DNA of 54,351 nucleotides, filler included, from Heptranchias perlo (taxonomy: Eukaryota), in NCBI RefSeq assembly GCF_035084215.1. It is 2 parts of 2 records of this genome, joined end to end, with 100 filler letters (N's around TTAATTAATTAA, not from the genome) between each part and the next. Parts side by side here need not be neighbours in the genome. Positions count along the whole stretch, not along the records: positions 26,174 to 54,351 come from NC_090333.1; 1 more part is not named here. One strand, written 5' to 3'. Shown piece by piece: positions 37,157 through 48,900 of this stretch. The notes under the pieces are model-generated. The model saw only the letters and a list, made by a program, of their open reading frames with translations. It ran no database searches and had not been told where the DNA came from. Position 1 is the first letter of the stretch, and every line of letters starts with the position of its first letter. Made by a program: the position numbers and the translations under genes.

Positions 37157-37696
37157 GGTCAATTGTAGCCTGACCCCAGTGCTGGGAGGCAAGGTTTTCA
37201 ATTAAATCTGGAACCTTCTCCACCCAGACCCACGATGAAGCCTTTCTGAAGTGTGTTGATACAAGTCTGCTCCAGGGTCCAATGTTCTGGGGTAAAGTTC
37301 CCCCTGATCTGTGTGTGATCTGAGCTTTGTTAATGCTGAGCCTGTTTCCTCCAGATAGACTGATCTATAGTTCGAGCTTCCTGCCCGGTTAACAGCGTCT
37401 TAAAGGGACACCCAGTCTTTAAGTACTCTGACTATTAACCATTTCATCGCTGAATTTGTGGCAACCCTTCATTGCAGATGTTTATCGAACAGTCCAATCT
37501 GATTTATCCATCTTAACATCAAACCATCCGGTGTATTTATATTTAGATTAAATTTGAGAGGCAAAAAAAAGCAAATTAAGAATTAGCGATGCTCACCTGA
37601 AATGGTTAATCGTCCGCCGGGAGTTCATTGTCCCAGCAATCCGTTATCTGAGGTGAATTTTCCAAACACAGAAGCACCCACAGAGACACGCACCCA

Positions 37697-38428
37697 AATA
37701 TACACAACAGAACACACCAATATACACAACAGAACACACCAATATACACAACAGAACACACCAATATACACAACAGAACACACCAATATACACAACAGAA
37801 CGCACCAATATACACAACAGAACACACCAATATACACAACAGAACACACCAATATACACAACAGAACGCACCAATGTGCACAACAGAACACACCAATATA
37901 CACAACAGAACGCACCAATATACACAACAGAACGCACCAATATGCACAACAGAACGCACCAATATACACAACAGAACACACCAATGTGCACAACAGAACA
38001 CACCAATATGCACAACAGAACGCACCAATATACACAACAGAACACACCAATATGCACAACAGAACGCACAACAGAACACACCAATATGCACAACAGAACG
38101 CACCAATATGCACAACAGAACGCACCAATATACACAACAGAACGCACCAATATACACAACAGAACACACCAATATGCACAACAGAACGCACCAATATACA
38201 CAACAGAACACACCAATATGCACAACAGAACGCACCAATATACACAACAGAACACACCAATATGCACAACAGAACGCACAACAGAACACACCAATATGCA
38301 CAACAGAACACACCAATATACACAACAGAACGCACCAATATGCACAACAGAATGTACACAAATATACACAACAGAACACACCAATGTACACAACAGAATG
38401 TGCACAAATATACACAACAGAACACCCA
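37697..38428. repeat. 22-bp minisatellite, ~33 copies, in the J-C intron
   Basis: Unit AATAT(A/G)CACAACAGAAC(A/G)CACC; explains the stacked spurious ORFs at 37602-38522. Confidence 0.95.
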
Positions 38429-39989
38429 AGTACACACACACAGATGTGTCACATTAAGTTGTACGACTGACACTAACACCTTCCCCAGCCTGTCTGCTCA
38501 GGAGCAGGTTTCTGCACCGTGAACATGTGTCTCATTACATATTCATGACACCGGGTTCATTTGCATTTCTTTTCCCATTACTTGCCTTTCTCTTCAGCCT
38601 TTTAAAGTAAAGTCTGAGCCCATTTCCCCCCAGACTCTGGGCCTTTTCCATTTTGGGATGTTGGTTGTTTTAAGATGGTGTTTCGAGGGGCCATTCCCGA
38701 GGGTCTGTGACACAGGAAGTGCTGTTGTCTGACAGTTATTCCTTGTATTCACCACCCCAGCTCCGTGCAGCTCTCCCGGTCGATCTGCTCTGAATGGAGA
38801 CAGGACACTGGCTGCCTGCCGTAGTCACAAGACTGTGACCCGCCCAGCTCCCCAATGGCATGTGGGCACTGAGACACACACACCAGGAGGAGCCCAGCTT
38901 CATTCCCTGGTCCGTGCCGAGGAACAGGAGGAGGCCATTCAGCCCCTCCAGCCTGTTCCTCCATTGAATGAGATCATGACTGGTCTGTCCCTGATCTCCA
39001 TTTACCCTCCTTTGCTCCATATCCTCGATACCCTCCCCCAACAAAAATCGATCCATCTCAGTACTGAAAGCTCCTATTGACCCCCACCATCCACAGCCTT
39101 TTGGGGGAGGGGGTTCCAGATTTCCACTCCCCCTTGAGTGAAAAAGTGCTTCCTGATTTCACCCCTGAATGGCCAGGCTCGAATTACAGAGAATTACATC
39201 GAATTTACAGCACAGAAACAGGCCATTCGGCCCAACAGTAGTGTTAGGATTGTGTCCCCTTGTTCTGGGGGGGTTGCCGCTGAGGAGCAGCCGTTGGACT
39301 TGGTGCCCCCTCTAAATGAGGGAGGGGGATCCTGCTCCTGATTGCCATCCAGTGACACCCCCCTTCTCTCCCCCAACACCCCCCACTGTTGAAGGCAATG
39401 GTTTCAGGAGATGAGGGGAGAATGAACACAGAAACACAGTGAGGGCCAGTCCCTGTGTTATCTTGTCCCCCTCTTACCCTGTGTGGGGGGTTTCATAGAA
39501 TCACAGAATCATACAGCACAGAAGGAGGCCATTCGGCCCATCCTCCCTATGCTAGCTCTTTGAAAGAGCTATCCAATTAGTCTCACTCCCCTGCTCTTTC
39601 CCCATAGCCCCGACATTTTTTCCCTTTTCAAGTATTTATTCGGTTCCCTTTTGAAAGTTACTATTGAATCTTCCTCCCCCCACCCTTTCAGGCCGTGTGT
39701 TCCAGATCACAACAACTCACTGAGCAAAACAATTTCTCCATCTCTCCTCTCTGGTTCTTTACCAATTACCTCAAACCCGTTACCTCTGGTTACCGACCCT
39801 CCTGCCACTGGAAACAGTTCCTCCCGATTTGCTCCATTAAAACCCTTCATGATTTTGAGCACCTCTATTAAATCTCCCCTTGACCTTCTCTGCTCTCAGG
39901 GTCGTCTCAATAACACCACACAGTTTTGCTGGCCCGTTTTACTGGCTGTTCATTTTATGCTCTCCCCTCATGGGATCAGACTCTGTCGA

Positions 39990-40415
39990 TCTGCTGCCCG
40001 TATCCTAACTCGTACCAAGTCCCGTTCACCCATCACCCCAGTGCTCGCTGACCTACATCGGCTCCCAGTCCAGCAAAGTCCTCATCTTTGTGTTCAAATC
40101 CCTCCATGGCCTTGCCCTGCCCAATCTCTGTAACCTCCTCCAGCCCTTCAACCCTCCGAGATCTCTGCGCTCCTCCAATTCTGGTCTCTTGTTCATCCCC
40201 GATTTTCATCGCTCCACCATTGGCGGCCGTGCCTTCAGCTGCCTGGGCCCTAAGCTCTGGAATTCCCGCCCTAAACTTCTTTGCCCCTCCCCCTCTCTCT
40301 CCTCCTTTAAGATGCTCCTTCAAACCTACCTCTTTGACCAAGCTTTGAGTCACCAGTCCTAATATCTCCTCAAGAGTCAATTTCTGTCCGAGAAACTTCC
40401 TGTGAAGCGCCTTAG
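39990..40415 (+). mobile_element. L2-like LINE 3' fragment in the J-C intron
   Basis: SAARILTRTKSRSPITPVLADLHRLPV / FKSLHGLA...GGRAFSCLGPKLWNS...SFKMLLQTYLFDQA; CR1 tails nearby at ~38920-39180, ~39495-39895 and ~40428-40575. Confidence 0.8.
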
Positions 40416-40797
40416 GGACATGGGAAAAGGAGGAGGCCATTCAGCCCCTCGAGTATGTTCCGCCATTCAATTAGATCATGGCTGATGTGCATCGTAACTC
40501 TGTCCACCGGCCTTCATTTCCTGACCCTTAATAATCTTGTCTAACAAAAACCTATCGGTCTCAGTTTTGAATCCTTGGGATGTTTTACTATGTTAAAGGC
40601 ACTATATAAATGCAAGTTGTTGTTGTAGTGGAGTGCAGGTCAATAAGAGGTTGTCGTGGGTACGGTGTGGGCTCCTCAGACTGGCCCTGTGCTGCCAGCC
40701 GAGGCCTTGCCCACCGTCCTACTCTGGCCCTCGCGAGGAGGCCTCGGGGAGAGACTCCAAACTCCCATTAAAAGTCCTTGTCTTTCATCTCTTTCAG

Positions 40798-41126
40798 CCC
40801 GAGAGAAGGTTCAACCATCGCTGACCCTGATGCCCCCCTCCCCGGAGGAGGTCTCGGCCAAGGGCACTGCCACCCTGGTGTGCCTCGTCGATCACTTCTA
40901 CCCCGACGCTGTGGGGGTGGAGTGGAAGAAGGACGGGGCGGCCATTTCGGGCGGGGTTCAGACCAGTGACTACCTGCGAGCTTCGGACAACACCTACAGT
41001 GTCAGTAGCCTGCTGACCCTCTCCGGCTCCGACTGGAAGTCTGACGCCAGCTTCTCCTGCGCCATCACCCACGAGACCCTTCAGTCTCCCCTCAGCAAGA
41101 GCATCAGGAGAACAGAATGTTCATAG
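40798..41126 (+). CDS. Ig light chain constant exon, shark kappa type (REKVQPSLTLMPPSPEEVSAKGTATLVCLVDHFYP...FSCAITHETLQSPLSKSIRRTECS*)
   Basis: ctttcag| acceptor in phase 1; C1-set motifs ATLVCL-FYP-W-YSVSSLL-FSC-H; penultimate Cys for the H-L disulfide; TAG at 41124-41126. Confidence 0.96.
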
Positions 41127-41282
41127 AGCGTCAGAGACAGTCCACAGAGGAGACGGAACCTTAAATATAACAGGGGGCGAGTGGGGAGGGCAAAGGTCAT
41201 TGTCAGCACTGCATTTCCACTCTCTTCCTTATCGTGATTGGGTCTGAGACGCTTCTCAGGTTGGGGGTTAAGGCACATTATT

Positions 41283-42096
41283 GGGACAGTGTAGAGGGAG
41301 CTTTACTCTGTATCTAACCCGTGCTGTACCTGCCCTGGGAGTGTTTGATGGGACAGTGTAGAGGGAGCTTTACTCTGTATCTAACCCGTGCTGTACCTGC
41401 CCTGGGAGTGTTTGATGGGACAGTGTAGAGGGAGCTTTACTCTGTATCTAAACCGTGCTGTACCTACCCTGGGAGTGTTTGATGGGACAGTGTAGAGGGA
41501 GCTTTACTCTGTATCTAACCCGTGCTGTACCTGCCCTGGGAGTGTTTGATGGGACATTGTAGAGGGAGCTTTACTCTGTATCTAACCCGTGCTGTACCTG
41601 TCCTGGGAGTGTTTGATGGGACAGTGTAGAGGGAGCTTTACTCTGTATCTAAACCGTGCTGTACCTGCCCTGGGAGTGTTTGATGGGACAGTGTAGAGGG
41701 AGCTTTACTCTGTATCTAACCCGTGCTGTACCTGCCCTGGGAGTGTTTGATGGGACAGTGTAGAGGGAGCTTTACTCTGTATCTAACCCGTGCTGTACCT
41801 GCCCTGGGAGTGTTTGATGGGACAGTGTAGAGGGAACTTTACTCTGTATCTAACCCGTGCTGTACCTACCCTGGGAGTGTTTGATGGGACAGTGTAGAGG
41901 GAGCTTTACTCTGTATCTAACCCGTGCTGTACCTGCCCTGGGAGTGTTTGATGGGACAGTGTAGAGGGAGCTTTACTCTGTATCTAACCCGTGCTGTACC
42001 TGCCCTGGGAGTGTTTGATGGGACAGTGCAGAGGGAGCTTTACTCTGTATCTAACCCGTGCTGTACCTGCCCTGGGAGTGTTTGATGGGACAGTGT
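41283..42096. repeat. 67-bp tandem repeat, ~12 copies, in the putative Ig C 3' UTR
   Basis: Unit GGGACAGTGTAGAGGGAGCTTTACTCTGTATCTAACCCGTGCTGTACCTGCCCTGGGAGTGTTTGAT. Confidence 0.96.
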
Positions 42097-42111
42097 CGAC
42101 TTGTGATGCCA

Positions 42112-42117
42112 AATAAA
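42112..42117 (+). terminator. Candidate polyadenylation signal of the light-chain transcript
   Basis: First AATAAA I can find after the C stop codon. Confidence 0.6.
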
Positions 42118-42915
42118 ACCTCTCTCAGACCCTGAAGACTGTCAGCTGAGCAAAAATAATGTTAAACACGGAAGTCCCCGCTTCAGTAAGACCAGACCTC
42201 CTTCCTGCTCACCCTGCAGTTATAATTTAAGGTTTTGTCACCGTTTAAAGGGACAGGATTCTCCCATTATTGAGCAAATGCCCACAGCCGTTTTAATCAA
42301 TCTTCTCTCTCCCTGTGTATTTCTCCTACTCGTTGGGCTGTTTATTCAATTCTTTTTTCTGTAAATGTAAATGTGTAAAAGGTAATAAATGTTCAGAATA
42401 TTCAGTCTCCGTCTCGTGAGTGCTGTGGAAATGTCCCACCTCCCCCTCAGCTGGATTGGCTGCATTTCAGCAAGTGACTCCCCTGGTTGGGCTGTCAATC
42501 AATGCATCACCAGCTGATGATTTGATTAAAACCCAATTCTCAATCATTTCAACATTTTCAGTTTTCCCTCGAATCCAAAGACTATGTTTTCAGGATAAAG
42601 CACAAAGTGTACAAGTTATAAAACAGAAAATAAACTCCAAGCTGCTGGGATTAAATCATCAAAGGCCCAGAATTCACTCTTCACTCTGCACACTGGAGGT
42701 GTTGGTCCAGTCCAAGCTGGTGGGATCGCACTGTGCTCTGTGCTGACTGTCAGGGTCCAGTGTGAAATGGGCTCGGGGCAAAGTCAGGTCTGAAAGTCAC
42801 AGTCAGAACACCTCATTCTCTCTCCTTAATGTGTTGCTCGTGGTAACAGATCAAATCTATACCGAATCAGGTCTCCACTTCTCAGAGAGAGGAGGGGTCA
42901 GAGTATAACTGTGTA

Positions 42916-45900
42916 CATGCCCCTGAGTGTCAGTGTGACTGTTTCCCAGTACTGTCTGTAGGTGGATGTCCCTGACTGTCAGTGTGACTGTTACCCAGTA
43001 CTGTCGGTAGGTGCATGTCGCTGACTGTCAGTGTGACTGTTACCCAGTACTGTCTGTAGGTGGATGGCCCTGACTGTCAGTGTGACTGTTTCCCAGTACT
43101 GTCTGTAGGTGGATGTCCCTGACTGTCAGTGCGACTGTTACCCAGTACTGTCTGTAGGTGGATGGCCCTGACTGTCAGTGTGACTGTTTCCCAGTACTGT
43201 CTGTAGGTGGATGTCCCTGACTGTCAGTGCGACTGTTACCCAGTACTGTCTGTAGGTGCATGGCCACGACTGTCAGTGTGACTGTTACCCAGTACTGTCT
43301 GTAGGTGCATGTCCCTGACTGTCAGTGCGACTGTTTCCCAGTACTGTCTGTAGGTGCATGTCCCTGACTGTCGGTGTGACTGTTTCCCAGTACTGTCTGT
43401 AGGTGCATGTCCCTGACTGTCAGTGTGACTGTTACCCAGTACTGTCTGTAGGTGCATGTCCCTGAGTGTCAGTGTGACTGTTTCCCAGCACTGTCTGTAG
43501 GTGCATGGCCCTGACTGTCAGTGTGACTGTTACCCAGTACTGTCTGTAGGTGCATGTCCCTGAGTGTCAGTGTGACTGTTACCCAGTACTGACTGTAGGT
43601 GCATGGCCCTGAGTGTCAGTGTGACTGTTTCCCAGCACTGTCTGTAGGTGCATGGCCCTGACTGTCAGTGTGACTGTTACCCAGTACTGTCTGTAGGTGC
43701 ATGTCCCTGAGTGTCAGTGTGACTGTTACCCAGTACTGACTGTAGGTGCATGGCCCTGACTGTCGGTGTGACTGTTACCCAGTACTGTCTGTAGGTGCAT
43801 GGCCCTGACTGTCAGTGTGACTGTTACCCAGTACTGTCTGTTGGTGCATGGCCCTGACTGTCAGTGTGACTGTTACCCAGTACTGTCTGTAGGTGCATGG
43901 CCCTGACTGTCAGTGTGACTGTTACCCAGTACTGTCTGTAGGTGCATGGCCCTGACTGTCGGTGTGACTGTTACCCAGTACTGTCTGTAGGTGCATGGCC
44001 CTGACTGTCAGTGCGACTGTTACCCAGTACTGTCTGTTGGTGCATGGCCCTGACTGTCAGTGTGACTGTTACCCAGTACTGTCTGTAGGTGCATGTCCCA
44101 GACTGTCAGTGTGACTGTTTCCCAGTACTGTCTGTAGGTGCATGTCCCTGACTGTCAGTGTGACTGTTACCCAGTACTGTCTGTAGGTGGATGTCCTTGA
44201 CTGTCGGTGTGACTGTTACCCAGTACTGTCTGTAGGTGCATGTCCCTGACTGTCAGTGTGACTGTTACCCAGTACTCTCTGTAGGTGCATGTCCCTGCCT
44301 GTCGGTGTGACTGTTACCCAGTACTGTCTGTAGGTGGATGTCCTTGACTGTCGGTGTGACTGTTACCCAGTACTGTCTGTAGGTGGATGTCCTTGACTGT
44401 CGGTGTGACTGTTACCCAGTACTGTCTGTTGGTGGATGTCCCTGCCTGTCAGTGTGACTGTTACCCAGTACTGTCTGTAGGTGGATGTCCCTGACTGTCA
44501 ATGTGACTGTTTCCCAGTACTGTCTGTAGGTGCATGTCCCTGACTGTCAGTATGACTGTTACCCAGTACTGTCTGTAGGTGGAGGTCCCTGACTGTCGGT
44601 GCGACTGTTACCCAGTACTGTCTGTAGGTGCATGTCCCTGACTGTCAGTACGACTGTTTCTCAGTACTGTCTGTAGGTGGATGTCCCTGACTGTCGGTGC
44701 GACTGTTCCCCAGTACTGTCTGTAGGTGCATGTCCCTGACTGTCAGTATGACTGTTACCCAGTACTGTCTGTAGGTGCATGGCCCTGACTGTCGGTGCGA
44801 CTGTTACCCAGTACTGTCTGTAGGTGCATGTCCCTGTCAGTGTGACTGTTACCCAGTACTGTCTGTTGGTGGATGTCCCTGACTGTCGGTGCGACTGTGA
44901 CCCAGTACTGTCTGTTGGTGCATGTCCCTGACTGTCGGTGCGACTGTTTCCCAGTACTGTCTGTAGGTGCATGTCCCTGACTGTCGGTGCGACTGTTACC
45001 CAGTACTGTCTGTAGGTGCATGTCCCTGACTGTCGGTGCGACTGTTACCCAGTACTGTCTGTAGGTGCATGGCCCTGACTGTCGGTGCGACTGTTACCCA
45101 GTACTGTCTGTAGGTGGATGTCCCTGACTGTCGGTGCGACTGTTACCCAGTACTGTCTGTAGGTGCATGTCCCTGACTGTCAGTGCGACTGTTTCCCAGT
45201 ACTGTCTGTAGGTGCATGTCCCTGACTGTCAGTACGACTGTTACCCAGTACTGTCTGTTGGTGCATGTCCCTGACTGTCAGTACGACTGTTTCCCAGTAC
45301 TGTCTGTAGGTGCATGTCCCTGACTGTCGGTGCGACTGTTACCCAGTACTGTCTGTAGGTGCATGTCCCTGACTGTCAGTGTGACTGTTACCCAGTACTG
45401 TCTGTTGGTGCATGTCCCTGACTGTCAGTACCACTGTTACCCAGTACTGTCTGTAGGTGCATGTCCCTGACTGTCAGTACGACTGTTTCCCAGTACTGTC
45501 TGTAGGTGCATGGCCCTGACTGTCAGTGCGACTGTTACCCAGTACTGTCTGTAGGTGGATGTCCCTGACTGTCGGTGCGACTGTTACCCAGTACTGTCTG
45601 TAGGTGCATGGCCCTGACTGTCGGTGCGACTGTTACCCAGTACTGTCTGTAGGTGCATGGCCCTGACTGTCGGTGCGACTGTTACCCAGTACTGTCTGTA
45701 GGTGCATGGCCCTGACTGTCGGTGTGACTGTTACCCAGTACTGTCTGTAGGTGCATGTCCCTGACTGTCAGTGTGACTGTTACCCAGTACTGTCTGTTGG
45801 TGGATGTCCCTGACTGTCAGTGTGACTGTTACCCAGTATTGTCTGTGGGTGCATGTCCCTGACTGTCGGTGCGACTGTTTCCCAGTACTGTCTGTAGGTG

Positions 45901-48900
45901 CATGTCCCTGACTGTCGGTGCGACTGTTACCCAGTACTGTCTGTAGGTGGATGGCCCTGACTGTCGGTGCGACTGTCACCCAGTACTGTCTGTAGGTGCA
46001 TGGCCCTGACTGTCGGTGTGACTGTTACCCAGTACTGTCTGTAGGTGCATGTCCCTGACTGTCAGTGTGACTGTTACCCAGTACAGTCTGTAGGTGGATG
46101 TCCTTGACTGTCGGTGCGACTGTTACCCAGTACTGTCTGTAGGTGGATGTCCCTGAGTGTTGGTGCGACTGTTACCCAGCACTGTCTGTAGGTGCATGTC
46201 CCTGACTGTCAGTGTGACTGTTACCCAGTACTGTCTGTAGGTGGATGTCCTTGACTGTCGGTGCGACTGTTACCCAGTACTGTCTGTAGGTGGATGTCCC
46301 TGACTGTCAGTGTGACTGTTACCCAGTACTGTCTGTGGGTGCATGTCCCTGACTTTCGGTGCGACTGTTACCCAGTACTGTCTGTAGGTGGATGTCCCTG
46401 ACTGTCAGTGTGACTGTTACCCAGTACTGTCTGTAGGTGCATGTCCCTGAGTGTCAGTGTGACTGTTTCCCAGTACTGTCTGTAGGTGCATGTCCCTGAC
46501 TGTCAGTGTGACTGTTACCCAGTACTGTCTGTTGGTGGATGTCCTTGACTGTCAGTGTGACTGTTACCCAGTACTGTCTGTAGGTGGATGTCCTTGACTG
46601 TCGGTGTGACTGTTACCCAGTACTGTCTGTAGGTGGATGTCCCTGACTGTCAGTGCGACTGTTACCCAGTACTGTCTGTAGTTGGATGTCCTTGACTGTC
46701 GGTGTGACTGTTATCCAGTACTGTCTGTAGGTGGATGTCCCTGACTGTCAGTGCGACTGTTACCCAGTACTGTCTGTAGGTGGATGTCCTTGACTGTCGG
46801 TGCGACTGTTAACCAGTACTGTCTGTAGGTGCATGTCCCTGACTGTCAGTGTGACTGTTACCCAGTACTGTCTGTAGGTGGATGTCCCTGACTGTCAGTG
46901 CGACTGTTACCCAGTACTGTCTGTAGGTGGATGTCCTTGACTGTCGGTGTGACTGTTACCGAGTACTGTCTGTAGGTGGATGTCCCTGACTGTCAGTGCG
47001 ACTGTTACCCAGTACTGTCTGTAGGTGGATGTCCTTGACTGTCGGTGTGACTGTTACCCAGTACTGTCTGTAGGTGGATGTCCTTGACTGTCGGTGCGAC
47101 TGTTACCCAGTACTGTCTGTAGGTGGATGTCCCTGACTGTCAGTGTGACTGTTTCCCAGTACTGTCTGTAGGTGCATGTCCCTGGCTGTCAGTGCGACTG
47201 TTACCCAGTACTGTCTGTAGGTGGATGTCCTTGACTGTCGGTGCGACTGTTACCCAGTACTGTCTGTAGATGCATGTCCCTGACAGTCAGTGTGACTGTT
47301 ACCCAGTACTGTCTGTAGGTGGATGTCCCTGACTGTCAGTGTGACTGTTACTCAGTACTGTCTGTTGGTGGATGTCCCTGCCTGTCAGTGTGACTGTTAC
47401 CCAGTACTGTCTGTGGGTGCATGTCCTTGACTGTCGGTGCGACTGTTACCCAGTACTGTCTGTAGGTGGATGTCCTTGACTGTCGGTGCGACTGTTACCC
47501 AGTACTGTCTGTAGGTGCATGTCCCTGACTGTCAGTGTGACTGTTACCCAGTACTGTCTGTAGGTGCATGTCCCTGTCGGTGTGACTGTTACCCAGTACT
47601 GTCTGTAGGTGCATGTCCCTGACTGTCGGTGTGACTGTTACCCAGTACTGTCTGTAGGTGCATGTCCCTGACTGTCAGTGTGACTGTTACCCATTACTGT
47701 CTGTAGGTGGATGTCCCTGACTGTCAGTGTGACTGTTACCCAGTACTGTCTGTAGGTGCATGTCCCTGACTGTCAGTGTGACTGTTACCCAGTACTGTCT
47801 GTAGGTGCATGTCCCTGACTGTCAGTGCGACTGTTACCCAGTACTGTCTGTAGGTGGATGTCCCTGACTGTCGGTGCGACTGTTACCCAGTACTGTCTGT
47901 AGGTGCATGTCCCTGACTGTCAGTGTGACTGTTACCCAGTACTGTCTGTAGGTGCATGTCCCTGAATGTCAGTGTGACTGTTACCCAGTACTGTCTGTAG
48001 GTGCATGTCCCTGACTGTCAGTGTGACTGTTACCCAGTACTGTCTGTAGGTGCATGTCCCTGACTGTCAGTGTGACTGTTACCCAGTACTGTCTGTAGGT
48101 GCATGTCCCTGACTGTCAGTGCGACTGTTACCCAGTACTGTCTGTCGGTGCATGTCCCTGACTGTCAGTGTGACTGTTACCCAGTACTGTCTGTAGGTGG
48201 ATGTCCCTGACTGTCAGTGTGACTGTTACCCAGTACTGTCTGTAGGTGCATGTCCCTGACTGTCAGTGTGACTGTTACCCAGTACCGTCTGTAGGTGCAT
48301 GTCCCTGACTGTCAGTGTGACTGTTACCCAGTACTGTCTGTAGGTGGATGTCCCTGCCTGTCAGTGTGACTGTTACCCAGTACTGTCTGTGGGTGCATGT
48401 CCTTGACTGTCGGTGCGACTGTTACCCAGTACTGTCTGTAGGTGGATGTCCTTGACTGTCGGTGCGACTGTTACCCAGTACTGTCTGTAGGTGCATGTCC
48501 CTGACTGTCAGTGTGACTGTTACCCAGTACTGTCTGTAGGTGCATGTCCCTGTCGGTGTGACTGTTACCCAGTACTGTCTGTAGGTGCATGTAACTGACT
48601 GTCGGTGTGACTGTTACCCAGTACTGTCTGTAGGTGCATGTCCCTGACTGTCAGTGTGACTGTTACCCAGTACTGTCTGTAGGTGGATGTCCCTGACTGT
48701 CAGTGTGACTGTTACCCAGTACTGTCTGTCGGTGCATGTCCCTGACTGTCAGTGTGACTGTTACCCAGTACTGTCTGTAGGTGCATGTCCCTGACTGTCA
48801 GTGTGACTGTTACCCAGTACTGTCTGTAGGTGGATGTCCCTGACTGTCGGTGCGACTGTTACCCAGTACTGTCTGTAGGTGCATGTCCCTGACTGTCAGT

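Noticed and set aside
37602-38522. Long ORFs (193-306 aa) on both strands
   Set aside because: They are translations of the 22-bp minisatellite, which lacks stops; periodic low-complexity peptides with no gene structure.
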